A DNA stretch of 63,769 bases, counting the filler, from Octopus bimaculoides (taxonomy: Eukaryota): NCBI RefSeq assembly GCF_001194135.2. It is 9 parts of 8 records of this genome, joined end to end, with 100 filler letters (N's around TTAATTAATTAA, not from the genome) between each part and the next. Parts side by side here need not be neighbours in the genome. Positions count along the whole stretch, not along the records: positions 48,851 to 55,018 come from NC_068999.1; positions 55,119 to 60,716 come from NC_068985.1; positions 60,817 to 63,769 come from NC_068982.1; 6 more parts are not named here. The stretch is one strand, 5' to 3'. Positions 52,401-63,769 of this stretch are shown here, in pieces. Position 1 is the first letter of the stretch; every line of letters starts with the position of its first letter. The notes under the pieces were generated by a model that did no database searches, was not told the origin of the DNA, and saw nothing but the letters and a program-made list of their open reading frames with translations. A program made the position numbers and the translations under genes.

Positions 52401-54969
52401 GAACAGCAAAATAATCTCAGAGCTATATACAGTAGGGCATGCGAACAGATAAACGCTGCGACTAGTTATTTAGTGCAGAAATCTTTGTTGTAAAATATGT
52501 AACAGTAAAGATGATGTAAGAAACTTCCTGTCAGAGATTTGCAACGCAAAATTCAAAAGGTACCAACAGCGCTAACAGCGTGTAGTGGAGGCTCCTGTTC
52601 CTTGAGGATGCTAATTGCATCTCCAGAAGCTTTAAAACAGATAGGTTTTCATTCTTAAGGACCAACATGTTTGATGGTAGACCCCCTCCTGAAGCCCAAC
52701 CATAACGTAGAGCCCTTATACATCATCTTTGATGATAACAAAATAGTAGAGAGCGTGTCATGAAGACATACTAATATAAGCAACGGTAAATTCACGAAGT
52801 AAGAAATGCATGTGAATAGGAAACGAGATCTGTGAAGAGGGCCTTTTGATATATATATATATATGCTAGAAATATGACACGAAATTCAGAAAGACGAAAG
52901 GCTTGGTAATATTTGGGCAGGCGTGCATTTGAGCATCGTCACGCGGGAAGTGGAGTTGAGAGAACACTCCGATATACTAATGTCTAATATTTGGCAGGTT
53001 TTTGAGGAGTAAAAGTTGTTCGTTATTCTCCCTGAATGTTCGATCACGTGGTTTTTCATACATTATCACTTTGATTATATATTATATCTATTGTTTTTTC
53101 CCCTATGATTTGATATTTATACGGTGCTTTCGTGTATAATCTCCTTATACATTCATTTGTCTTTATATTGTTGGGTGTTATCCCTCCACATGCTTTTTTT
53201 TTGCAATCCACCGTGTTTCAATATCATTTTCGGAAGTCTGAATTCTAGCTAATAATGAACAAACTCATTCTCATTAGAATTATTATTCTAATTATTGCTA
53301 TTGTGGTTTTGCATTTATACTGCTTCAGCGACTCTTGTAATTGCTGTTGTTGTTTTAGTTGCTATCGTTGTTTGCGATAAAAGGATGATTGTATCAGACG
53401 AAAGAAAAAAATTTGATTTTTGGAAAAAAAAACAAACAAAAAGATAGCTTCAACAACCAGAGAAACTTTATTCGTGAGATATCAAATATGATTTCTAGAT
53501 AAATAGATATTGTACTATCCAAAAATACGATACGAATGGATATTCTCTTATAAACCACAAACCGAGGGAAATTTTCAAAAACATCATTAACCCTTGAGCA
53601 AGAACACACACGATCATATGCATTTACGTTTCACAAATACACATTTAAAATGCAACAATAAGAAGAACAATAGCAAGAAGCATCAGCAAAAAGTTTGCAA
53701 ATTTGCTTTCAAATGATATCTCTAAATATGTGTCAGCTTCAGTAAAACATTAGAAAATTAGGTGATAACGTACGTTATAAAAAACACTACCTACTTAGCC
53801 GAATAATTCATCATTAAAAAGACAAACACGAACATTTGTTTGTATATTATTAAAGGCAGATTTTGTATAACCTTTGAAAGAACAGTTAGAAGAATTCTTC
53901 GCAGATATCTAGCCGAATGCTTTCTCAATCCACAATTTTTAGATTGTACAGACGTACATTTTTCTAATTATTAATACGAAATCCTACACGAATCAGCAGA
54001 TGGAATTGGACCAACACAAACATAAACATAAGCTGTTGCGATAGTATATTAACTAATAAGCAAGAGGGTTCAGAGATACGACCCCTGTAAACCATGTTAA
54101 TGGTTGTAATGTCACTACATTTGTGAAAACGTAGACACGACAAGGAACATCATATGATTGGAAGAATGAGGGTCATATGAAAATGCAAATTATGATGATC
54201 GCATGTGTAAATGCGTATGAAACTGGATAACGTTGAAGAGCGTCGGATAACCAAACAAACTACTGAGCCAACCGGGAACATCCATTGGTTTATAACTAAT
54301 GGAAGCTATCATTACGGCTTCTCCGCAAGTTAACATTGTTTTTCGTCATTTGAGGATCAATAAAAATACGTAGCCAACCAAGTACCGAGGTGCATATTTA
54401 TACTTTCCGTTTTTGTTACCGGACTCCAAATAAACTAGGATAAAGCTGTTCTCTTCATGACCCAGAATAGGTTGTTAAACCGCGAATGTCAAATGAAGTA
54501 ACGCGTAGGGTAAGGGGAAATAATGGCTATATGCTTACAACAGAGGAGAACACCATACAAAGAGGTTCACACGCTGGAATAAATAATTATTGATTGGTTA
54601 CATTGGTAGAAAAAAGAAAGAAAGAAAACTACGCCTTTTGCATTTGTTGCGTCAGTAATGATAAGGGTGGGACTTGTATTCGTCGAGCAAAAATCATTTA
54701 AATCGATCCTAGTGGAGGAAAGTTTTCATCATTAAGAGCCTCGTGGAAGGTACAGTCAAGTCTAACCGAATTGTAACGTGGACGCAATCGCTCGCATACT
54801 CACTCATTCACAATAAAATAGCAAAGTAAAGTATTTTCGCATATACACCTATTAACCTGCGCTACTGAATATTAGATGGTTCTCTATATAAAGAACAATA
54901 ACTAATAAAAAACACACACACAAACATTCACACATACATACATACATAAATAAATAAATAAATAAATAA

Positions 54970-55018
<49 letters not shown>

Positions 55019-55118
55019 NNNNNNNNNNNNNNNNNNNNNNNNNNNNNNNNNNNNNNNNNNNNTTAATTAATTAANNNNNNNNNNNNNNNNNNNNNNNNNN
55101 NNNNNNNNNNNNNNNNNN
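55019..55118. other. Artificial assembly spacer
   Basis: 44N-TTAATTAATTAA-44N. Confidence 0.95.
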
Positions 55119-55339
55119 GCTGGTAGAATGTGTCATATAAAACATTTTTTACTCTTAGTGCTGTTGAGAAAAGTTTATACTTAAAAAGTTATTTCGTGTT
55201 AAAGTTGTCGTATTTCGGTAATTTCAACCAATCAATGACGTGTATTCAGCTGAATAAAATTACTGCCGTTGTTTGTCAACAGCAACTATCGGCAGTGTAT
55301 ATTTCTTTTGTCGAGGAAATTGTCTATCGGCAGAAGGGC

Positions 55340-55630
55340 ACTAGAGTGACTTCATCTTCGTTTCAAGGACGTTTGCAAGAGAGATATGAAGTGAAAAGGT
55401 CTAGATGTCCTGAGATTGGAGGAAGTCGCAAAGGATCGCCCGCGTTAGATACGAATACTACACAAGGAGATGGAGTGACAGGGAGAGAAACCGAATCTTG
55501 CCACTGCTGAAAACGCTCGCGATGGAAGAAGCGCCAATGGACCGTATCTTGAAATGCAGTTGCTACATGCTAGACTACCACTCCCGTGTGGGCCTGTGCA
55601 GCCTCAGCAGATGCTGCACCACCACTTAAC
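55340..55630 (+). mobile_element. RTE-clade LINE 3' end
   Basis: RFKDVCKRDMK...WEEVAKDR..R...EKR.R.K...C...CHSRVGLCS.SRCC matches the RTE C-terminal zinc-finger-like tail. Confidence 0.75.
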
Positions 55631-55821
55631 AGCTGACACAAAATTCACATACATACATACACAAGCATACAAACACACATATACACATACACAAACGTAT
55701 ACATACAGATACCTATGTACGTATGTATGTATGTATGTATGTATGCATGTATGTATGTATCTGTATCTATGTATATCTGCATACATATTACAGTATAATA
55801 CCTAAAAATACTTAAATCATA

Positions 55822-56715
55822 TACGAGTGGGTATCCAAAAGTAACCGGAAACCTCTCTAGGAGAAGCCCATTGCAGTTCTGGGTTCCGCCGCTAGAATCC
55901 ACTTGATGGAACCCTCAGACATCCGTCTGTGACTGGTGTTATCGAGTGAAGTCCTACTTTTGCAGTGCTTCTACCCTGTACGTCGATTTTTGCGACGGCT
56001 GAAAGCAAGGGGCAGCCTCCTTCTGTGAAATTCTGTTTTCTACTGGTGAAAACGGCGGTCGAAACAGTTGTCATACTTCAAACAGCTTACAAGGACGCTG
56101 CCATGAGCAAATTGAGTTTACACGTGGTTTTCACGCTTTAGGAATGGTCACATGTCACTTGAAGACCAACCTCGTTTAGGGCGCCTCTCAACCTCCCGAA
56201 CGAACGAAAACATCACGAAAATTTATGAATTGATTTTAGAGGACCATCGCTGAACAATTGACAAAATGTTTGATATGACTGGTGTGTCCTGAAGCTCCTG
56301 CCAACACATTTTGAGGTAGGAACTGCAAATGAAAAGAGCTGCAACAAAATTCGTGCCTCATTTGCTCACGGCACATCAAAACCAGTCACGACTAGATGCG
56401 TGTCGTGCACTAAAAGAACAGTTGGAAGTTGATCCGAATCTTTTTTCGAAGCTCATCACTGGTGACGAAAGCTGGTGCTACGACTACGACCGGGAAACGA
56501 AGAAGCAATGAGATACGAAAAGAATTGTCCACAGAATTTGTTACTCCTAGCCAAACTGTTAACCGGATATTTTACTTAGCAGTTCTGAAGCGTTTGCGAG
56601 ACGCGGTGAGACGAAAGCGACTCAAACAGTGACAAAGTGGAGAGTGGCTTCATCATGACAATGCACCTACGCACACCACCTTGAAAGTGAGACAGTTTAT
56701 GACAAAAATGGCATA
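55822..56715 (+). mobile_element. Mariner element, 5' TIR plus degraded transposase
   Basis: TIR TACGAGTGGGTATCCAAAAGTAACCGGAA; MKRAATKFVPHLLTAHQNQSRLDACRALKEQLEVDPNLFSKLITGDESWCYDYDRETKKQ...FYLAVLKRLRDAVRRKR...LHHDNAP. Confidence 0.9.
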
Positions 56716-58005
56716 ACCACGCTTTAACGTTTCGAGCCTACGCTCTTCAACAGAAAGGAACACAGAAAGAAATAACGAGAGAACCAAGGAGAGAAAAAAT
56801 GTGTAGTGGTCAGCGATCTATCATAGCGAATGCTGGACACACACACATATATATGTATATANNNNNNNNNNNNNNNNNNNNNNNNNNNNNNNNNNNNNNN
56901 NNNNNNNNNNNNNNNNNNNNNNNNNNNNNNNNNNNNNNNNNNNNNNNNNNNNNNNNNNNNNNNNNNNNNNNNNNNNNNNNNNNNNNNNNNNNNNNNNNNN
57001 NNNNNNNNNNNNNNNNNNNNNNNNNNNNNNNNNNNNNNNNNNNNNNNNNNNNNNNNNNNNNNNNNNNNNNNNNNNNNNNNNNNNNNNNNNNNNNNNNNNN
57101 NNNNNNNNNNNNNNNNNNNNNNNNNNNNNNNNNNNNNNNNNNNNNNNNNNNNNNNNNNNNNNNNNNNNNNNNNNNNNNNNNNNNNNNNNNNNNNNNNNNN
57201 NNNNNNNNNNNNNNNNNNNNNNNNNNNNNNNNNNNNNNNNNNNNNNNNNNNNNNNNNNNNNNNNNNNNNNNNNNNNNNNNNNNNNNNNNNNNNNNNNNNN
57301 NNNNNNNNNNNNNNNNNNNNNNNNNNNNNNNNNNNNNNNNNNNNNNNNNNNNNNNNNNNNNNNNNNNNNNNNNNNNNNNNNNNNNNNNNNNNNNNNNNNN
57401 NGCACCAGAATTTAGTATAGTATTATCCAAACAATTCCAAAATCAAAAATCAAGATGAGCAACAAAGATATTCAAGGTTACTGCAGTACGATCGTTTCAT
57501 GCGACTCCATTTATTTAAGGAATGCGAGCATTACATTAAATGTAAAATGCAGAGCAATCTTCAGGTGCACAAAGATACAGCAAATTTACTGAAATTTACT
57601 TTCAGTAGAAGGACATATTACTGTTGTAACTAGATTTAAACAATCCAAGTGGGAAGGAAGAATATAAAAAAAAACGTTTTGACTTAGTCAAAGCAAACAG
57701 GCTAGTAATTAATTTTAAGCAGAATTTTAACTGTCACTGATTTTATTTGCTTTTTGTCTAGTGATTTAAAGCTTAAGAGGGCACCAACCTTTTTCTTATA
57801 AGGAAAGGAAAGGGGTAAACATATGGTTATAAAGCTTTGGTAAAGTACATTTAGACTTATTTATATCAGTATAAAGAACCAATTGATAAAGAACCATAGA
57901 TAAGATGTGAAGTTAAATTCTTTTTTTTATATATATTGGACTAAAAACTATTTAAAATTATTTTAAAATTAAAATTAAAGCTAATATAGCTAATATTATT
58001 TGAAA

Positions 58006-58550
58006 GGCACATGAGAGATAAAATCTATTTTATACCTACTATAAAAGAATTGATACATAGGATTTACATGGTCTATAATGGTTTATAATTGGTTTATAAT
58101 GATGGACTCATTAAGGTTTAAGAAACTGGTAAAATGAATGATTGAAATTAACATAGAATATAATGGTGAAAAATTATATATCTAATATCATATTTAATGG
58201 ACACATAAGATATAAATTTATTTTATAGCTAATGTAAAGAATTGATACATAAGGATTTACATAGTTTAGAATGATTTTTACAATGATAGACTCATCAAGG
58301 TTTAAGAAACTGGTAAAGTGAATGATTTGAATTAACATAGAATTATAATGGTGAAAATTAAAAACTTCTATATCTAATATCATTATAATTTACCATTTCA
58401 ATCATTTAAAGGACACATAAGAGATAGAATTTATTTTATAACTAATGTAAAGAATTAATATATAGGATTTACATAGTTTATAATAATGGGCTTATCAAGG
58501 TTTAAGGAACTAATAAAAAAAGAACGGTTGGAATTAACAAAGAATTCAAT
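58006..58550. repeat. Diverged tandem repeat, about 200-bp unit, 2.7 copies
   Basis: The anchor CACAT(A/G)AGA(G/T)AT...AAAGAATT.ATA.ATAGGATTTACAT...CAAGGTTTAAG.AACT recurs at 58008, 58202 and 58414. Confidence 0.9.
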
Positions 58551-58899
58551 AGTAGTCCAAAACAATTAATAGAGAACATGATAATTATGTACTAGTTTAA
58601 TTACACTATCTTACATAATCAGGAACTTGTGTTAACTAACATGGGCCAAGTGCAGAATAATACTGGAGCAAAGATTAGAAGGATTAGATTTATTTAAGTC
58701 AAAACTATAGAATAACAATAACAATACCACTACCAGCCAGGAAATAATGGAATAATAAGGATCTTTTAGGGTCAGGCATTAAATAAAATAAAATTTACAA
58801 GGTTGAAGAACTAATTAAAAACTATTAAGAACTTTCAAAACATCCTATTCTTTTACGTTAAATAGAGTAGCAATAAGTAAGATACATACTAAGAACTAA

Positions 58900-60400
58900 C
58901 AGCAATCGCAGAAGTGATGTGAAAGAATATACTATCAATAGATAAAGTTGAAATTTTAGTTATCACAGGAAGATTATATATTAAGGTGCGAGATCAGAAA
59001 CATATGTTATAAAGGTTCAATTTCAATTTAAATATGTGCTAATTTATAGCCTAAGATGAACATAGTAGATGTTGAAATATCACATTTTTTAAGTTTACTA
59101 CTTTTTAAAATATTTAAAAGTGCGAGTGGAACAGTGTACACACAATACTCTAAGGTTTAATCTATTATTAATCAAGTTAGAATTGTTTCTAAGTTTTAAA
59201 ATTTCATATATTTCCATAGAACATAATTCACATCTATATCTGCTATTTCTGTAAGGTTGGGCTTTTCTTATAATTTACCATTTAAGGCTAAAACTAATAC
59301 CACTTTCCTTTAACTCACAAATTTTATTAGCTAATGACGTACGATTTGCCTTATGTTTTAGCCTAAAAGACGACAAGCGGTTATATATTCACTGTTTCAG
59401 ATTAATCGTACATCCCACGTAAATAAAGTTATCGGTTATAGTACTTATTGTGCATTTGTAATTTACGTTACGGGTGCAAAATCGGCCTAATAACGGACAA
59501 AGTGACTTATTTCTACAGTTGCAATTAGTGGAACTATGAAAAACCTCTATATTATTACTAATATTTACATTATTGTTGTTACAATTATTTATATTTGTAT
59601 TATTTCCCATTTTATTATTTCTATTATTAGGTTTATTTTGATCACTTCTATTACTATCTACCTCGGTTTCTAACGTGCTATCAGATAGAATTATTCCTGC
59701 AGCATCAGGCATACTAATATTGTCTATTTCTACATGTGAACTAGATCCATAATCCACATTACCACCATTTACTTCAATTATACTTTCAACATCAATACCA
59801 CTATATTCTATTTGTTGGTTTAAGTTGTGGTTGGCAGGACTAAGTATATTGCTACTACCTTCATAATTGCTATTTTGTTATTTCTACTTCTATTTCTATA
59901 ATTATTAGTAATATTATTATTGACATTGGTTAAATTATTATTTATATTCCTATAACTATTTCCACCATTTCTATTATCATTGATTCTAATTAATCTTATG
60001 TTCTTTCTATCTAACCTAGCTATGATTGTACCTACATTAGGAACGGTAGAGTAAGAGATTCGGACTGTATGACATGAAAAGATTCTACTATATCTGTGGG
60101 AAGAAGGGAAATTTTTTTGAAAAATATCCAAAAAGTTTTTGTAAATATTCGTGGATACAGCACAGTTGAAAGGGATATTAAACCAGACAGGATTTTTATT
60201 TTTACTTTTAAATTTATTGTGTGAGTGAGTATAGGATATGCTTCGATTACCATTATTTTCTAGGACATTATATTATTATGATTGTAGATTTTTTTGTGGA
60301 ATCCTTATTATTATGTAGAGTAGCTATATCACTTACATTGCCATTACTATTAAGTAACCTGTTCTTCCCATCGTACTGCGGGACGAAATTAATAAGAGCC
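58900..60400 (-). mobile_element. Penelope-like retroelement remnant (RT C-terminus/linker plus GIY-YIG endonuclease)
   Basis: WFNIPFNCAVSTNIYKNFLDIFQKNFPSSHRYSRIFSCHTVRISYSTVPNVGTII, then CNCRNKSLCPL...VNYKCTI...YVGCT...SSFR...RTSLA.KI..LK...LKW.I...PY...CELC..E; this is the PLE signature. Confidence 0.85.
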
Positions 60401-60580
60401 TAGGTGTGTGGGTTACCCCCAGGCACCGAGGCAAGTTGGATTGAAGATACTATCCGACGGGGCCTGGAAGATAGCGGGCCCAGGCTCATAAATGTAAGGA
60501 TATCACCGTCCTGGGACTCTTAAGCAACATTTGGCTACCTTGTAATTATTACCTTGGATCTTTCCTATATATATATATAT

Positions 60581-60716
60581 AGGCGCAGGAGTGGCTGTGT
60601 GGTAAGTAGCTTGTATACCAACCACATGGTTCAGGGTTCAGTCCCACTGCGTGGCACTTTGGGCAAGTGTCTTTTACTATAGCCTCGGGCCGACCAAAGC
60701 CTTGTGAATCCATCGT
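60581..60716 (+). mobile_element. SINE family A, 5' half
   Basis: AGGCGCAGGAGTGGCTGTGTGGTAAGTAGCTTG..., matching the 2272 copy. Confidence 0.85.
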
Positions 60717-60816
60717 NNNNNNNNNNNNNNNNNNNNNNNNNNNNNNNNNNNNNNNNNNNNTTAATTAATTAANNNNNNNNNNNNNNNNNNNNNNNNNNNN
60801 NNNNNNNNNNNNNNNN
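60717..60816. other. Artificial assembly spacer
   Basis: 44N-TTAATTAATTAA-44N. Confidence 0.95.
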
Positions 60817-60833
60817 GTATATATACATATAAA

Positions 60834-60865
<32 letters not shown>

Positions 60866-60991
60866 CGTATATATACATATATATCTGTATATATACATAT
60901 ATATCTGTATATATACATATATATCTGTATATATATATATACATATATATCTGTATATATATATACATATATATCTGTATATATATATACA

Positions 60992-61042
<51 letters not shown>

Positions 61043-61044
<2 letters not shown>

Positions 61045-63160
61045 CCCTGGTGAAATCCTACTGCCACTTTGAATTCTTCACTATACTCGTTGCCAACCTT
61101 CACCGTACTCACAGCATCCCTGTACACGGCTTGTACAGCTCCTACCAGCCACTCGTCTATCCCCGGTTTCTGCATTGACCACCAGATAAGAGATCGGGGG
61201 TCCCTGTCAAAGGCTTTCTCCAACTCAACAAAAGCCAAGTACGGAGGTTTATCTTTGGCTGGGTATTTATCCTGCAGTTACCGGAAATATAGCATCAGTG
61301 GTGCTTCTGCCTGGCACAAAACCAGACTGCATCTCATCTAGGCTAACTCTCTCCCTAATTAGTTGGGTTATGATCCTCTCTGTAACTTTCATCACCTGAT
61401 CTAAAAATTTGATACCCCTGTAGTTATTTCTATCTAAAACATTACCTTTCCCCTTGTAGCATTTGACTACACCACTCATTGGAGTCTGACTCCTTCATGA
61501 ATTACATGATTTATGATGCGGATGACAATACCATAACCCACACCACCTGATATTGTAAGCATCCCAGCAGTGATTCCTGATGGGCCGGGTGCATTCCCTG
61601 TCTTCATATCCTTAAGTGCTCTATCTTATCTACCAGGGTACTGTCGATTTGGTTAGCTGGTCCCTCAATTGGGTCAACCTTTGCAGACTCTCCTCCTCCC
61701 CCCATTCATTCTCCACGTTCAGCAATTTTTTCATAATGGCATCACCAAGCCTCTTTCTATGCAGAATCATTAAATGTAAGTGCACCATCATCCATGTGGA
61801 CACATTTCTCTCCTATGACATCACAGTTTTCTCTCACACACTGTCTTGCAATCCGAAATACTTCAGTCCTTTAGTCTTCACGACTCTCTTGGCTTCATAT
61901 AACTGTCTCTTAGCTTCCCTTTTGGCTATCTGATATATTCTCCTGCTACACCCACTCTTCAGGCCTTTCAAGCCTGTTTCTTTGTTCTAATGGCCTTGTC
62001 TACACAGTATTGTTCCACCACCACGTTTCCCTAGGTCTGGAAAGGACTTTGCGCCAGCCACAGATTTGGTCTGTGGCACTCAGCAAGCTGTCTCACAGGA
62101 ATTCCCAGCTGCCTTCTATGTCACAGGACTGTAGTTCCTCCGTCCTACCATCAAATTTCTTGGTAAGGATATCCCTAAATCTCTGACCATGTGAAGGCTT
62201 CCTATGCTTCCAAGTCCTTATTTTCCAGATTGGTCTGGGTTTTTTTGGCATCCTTCTGGCTTCGAGTCTAAAGTCACTAATAACTAGTCTGTGTTGAGGA
62301 GTACATTCTTCACCAAGTAGGGTCTTAGTATTTAAGAGCAACCATGCATCCCACGTTCTAGTAAGAATGAAATCGATCTGGCTAGCAGAGTCACCTGATT
62401 GATAGGTTATCAGGTCGCTAGATGGCTTCCTGAAGTTGGTATTGCAGATCAATAGGTTATTTGCATTTCAGAACTCCAGGAGTCTCGTTCTCTCTTCATT
62501 CCTGGTACCAACTCCATGGCCCCCAAAGTACACCATGGAAGATATCAGGTTGCTCTCCGACATGCCCATTAAAATCTGCAGCTAGAAAGATGAGATCATT
62601 GTCACTTGTCTTTAAGGCAGCCTGCAGAAGAATATCATAAAAGTGATCTTTCTGTTCATTTGGTAGGCCCGTTTGTGGGACGTAAGCAGAGAAAATTGTA
62701 GCTATACCATTCTGCAAGACTAACCTGAGTTTAAGTACTCTATTGCACACCCTCACTACCTCTGTGGCCTTGTCCACCCATCTCTCTGCAAGAAGTGTAC
62801 CCAGACCCCCTATTCCATCACTACTATTTTCCCAGAAGAGTTTATACCTATGTGCTTTGCCTGTGAGGACTGGTTGAAGCTCCTCTCCATCTTACTTCTT
62901 GTACGCAACATACATCAACACGTCTCCGTTCAAGCATCTCTACAATCTCACTAGACCTACCTTCCAATATGCCTACACTTACAGTGCTAACTCTGAAAAC
63001 TGGGAAAGAGATATGGGAGGTAACACAGGAAGAAGAGATGTTATTCAGCATCTGAAAAGAAGGTTCCTGTGAACATTTGGTGACAGATGGCATAATAATT
63101 GTTCTTGCTTTTAACCTACCATCATTCAAACATGTTAGAGTTGTTAAGGTTGTTACCTCT
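61043..63160 (-). mobile_element. RTE-clade LINE (APE endonuclease plus N-terminal RT), degraded
   Basis: APE motifs VDVCCVQEVRW, ADFNGHVG and SQIDFIL; RT motifs YKGKG...[29 protein letters not shown] and GFHQG; interrupted by stops and frameshifts. Confidence 0.95.
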
Positions 63161-63254
63161 ACTGGCGGGGAGGAAGCATAGTATATGAAAATATATGGGG
63201 CGTTGTAAATATAAGCGTTATGAACATTGTGGATGTAGGCATTACTGGCGCTGC

Positions 63255-63287
<33 letters not shown>

Positions 63288-63698
63288 NNNNNNNNNNNNN
63301 NNNNNNNNNNNNNNNNNNNNNNNNNNNNNNNNNNNNNNNNNNNNNNNNNNNNNNNNNNNNNNNNNNNNNNNNNNNNNNNNNNNNNNNNNNNNNNNNNNNN
63401 NNNNNNNNNNNNNNTTAGGGAGCAAAGCAAACAAGAAATAGTTATTTTAGAGAAAAGTACGAAATATGTATATACATGTAGCCAAGAAACAAGATTAGTC
63501 ATTGCAGGGTTAGAACAAATACGAAAGAATTATTTTAGAGAATAGATGAGTTTGAATGAATGAGGCTATTAAAAACAAGAGATTCTTAGCTTAGCCGTGC
63601 ATATATATGTGTGTATATATAAATATTTATATGCATGTATGTGTATGTATATATATATATATGTGTGCATGTATATGTATGTATGTGTGTGTATATAC

Positions 63699-63736
<38 letters not shown>

Positions 63737-63769
63737 CTATGCATATATATGTATATATATGCATATATA

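Noticed and set aside
51900-52800. Possible highly decayed LINE reverse transcriptase (D..DTV..KWDFLYEV-like)
   Set aside because: Only one partial motif is recognisable, which is too degraded to call.

Overview
AT-rich, microsatellite-saturated eukaryotic DNA. The tRNA-derived SINE families and the mix of RTE, RLE-type and L1/Tx1 LINEs, Tc1/mariner, Helitron and Penelope remnants suggest a cephalopod, most likely Octopus (inference from repeat content). The window is a mosaic of assembly pieces joined by eight identical artificial 100-bp spacers (44N-TTAATTAATTAA-44N), plus many N gaps. The only well-supported host gene is a minus-strand calpain (CysPc domain). I assembled four of its exons by hand (29287-29098, 18041-17888, 17587-17368, 16726-16658). 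They are all GT-AG, phase-compatible and give 211 uninterrupted codons. The frame is intact and the structural calpain motifs are kept, but the catalytic Cys is Gly, the oxyanion Gln is Val and the catalytic His aligns to Phe, so this looks like a catalytically dead calpain (pseudoprotease). Almost all entries in the ORF track are microsatellite or N artefacts, or TE remnants. Smaller curiosities are a near-perfect 22-bp hairpin, an 18-bp minisatellite that reads as an Arg-rich smORF, hammerhead-like cores linked to Penelope-type DNA, and a 200-bp-period tandem array.
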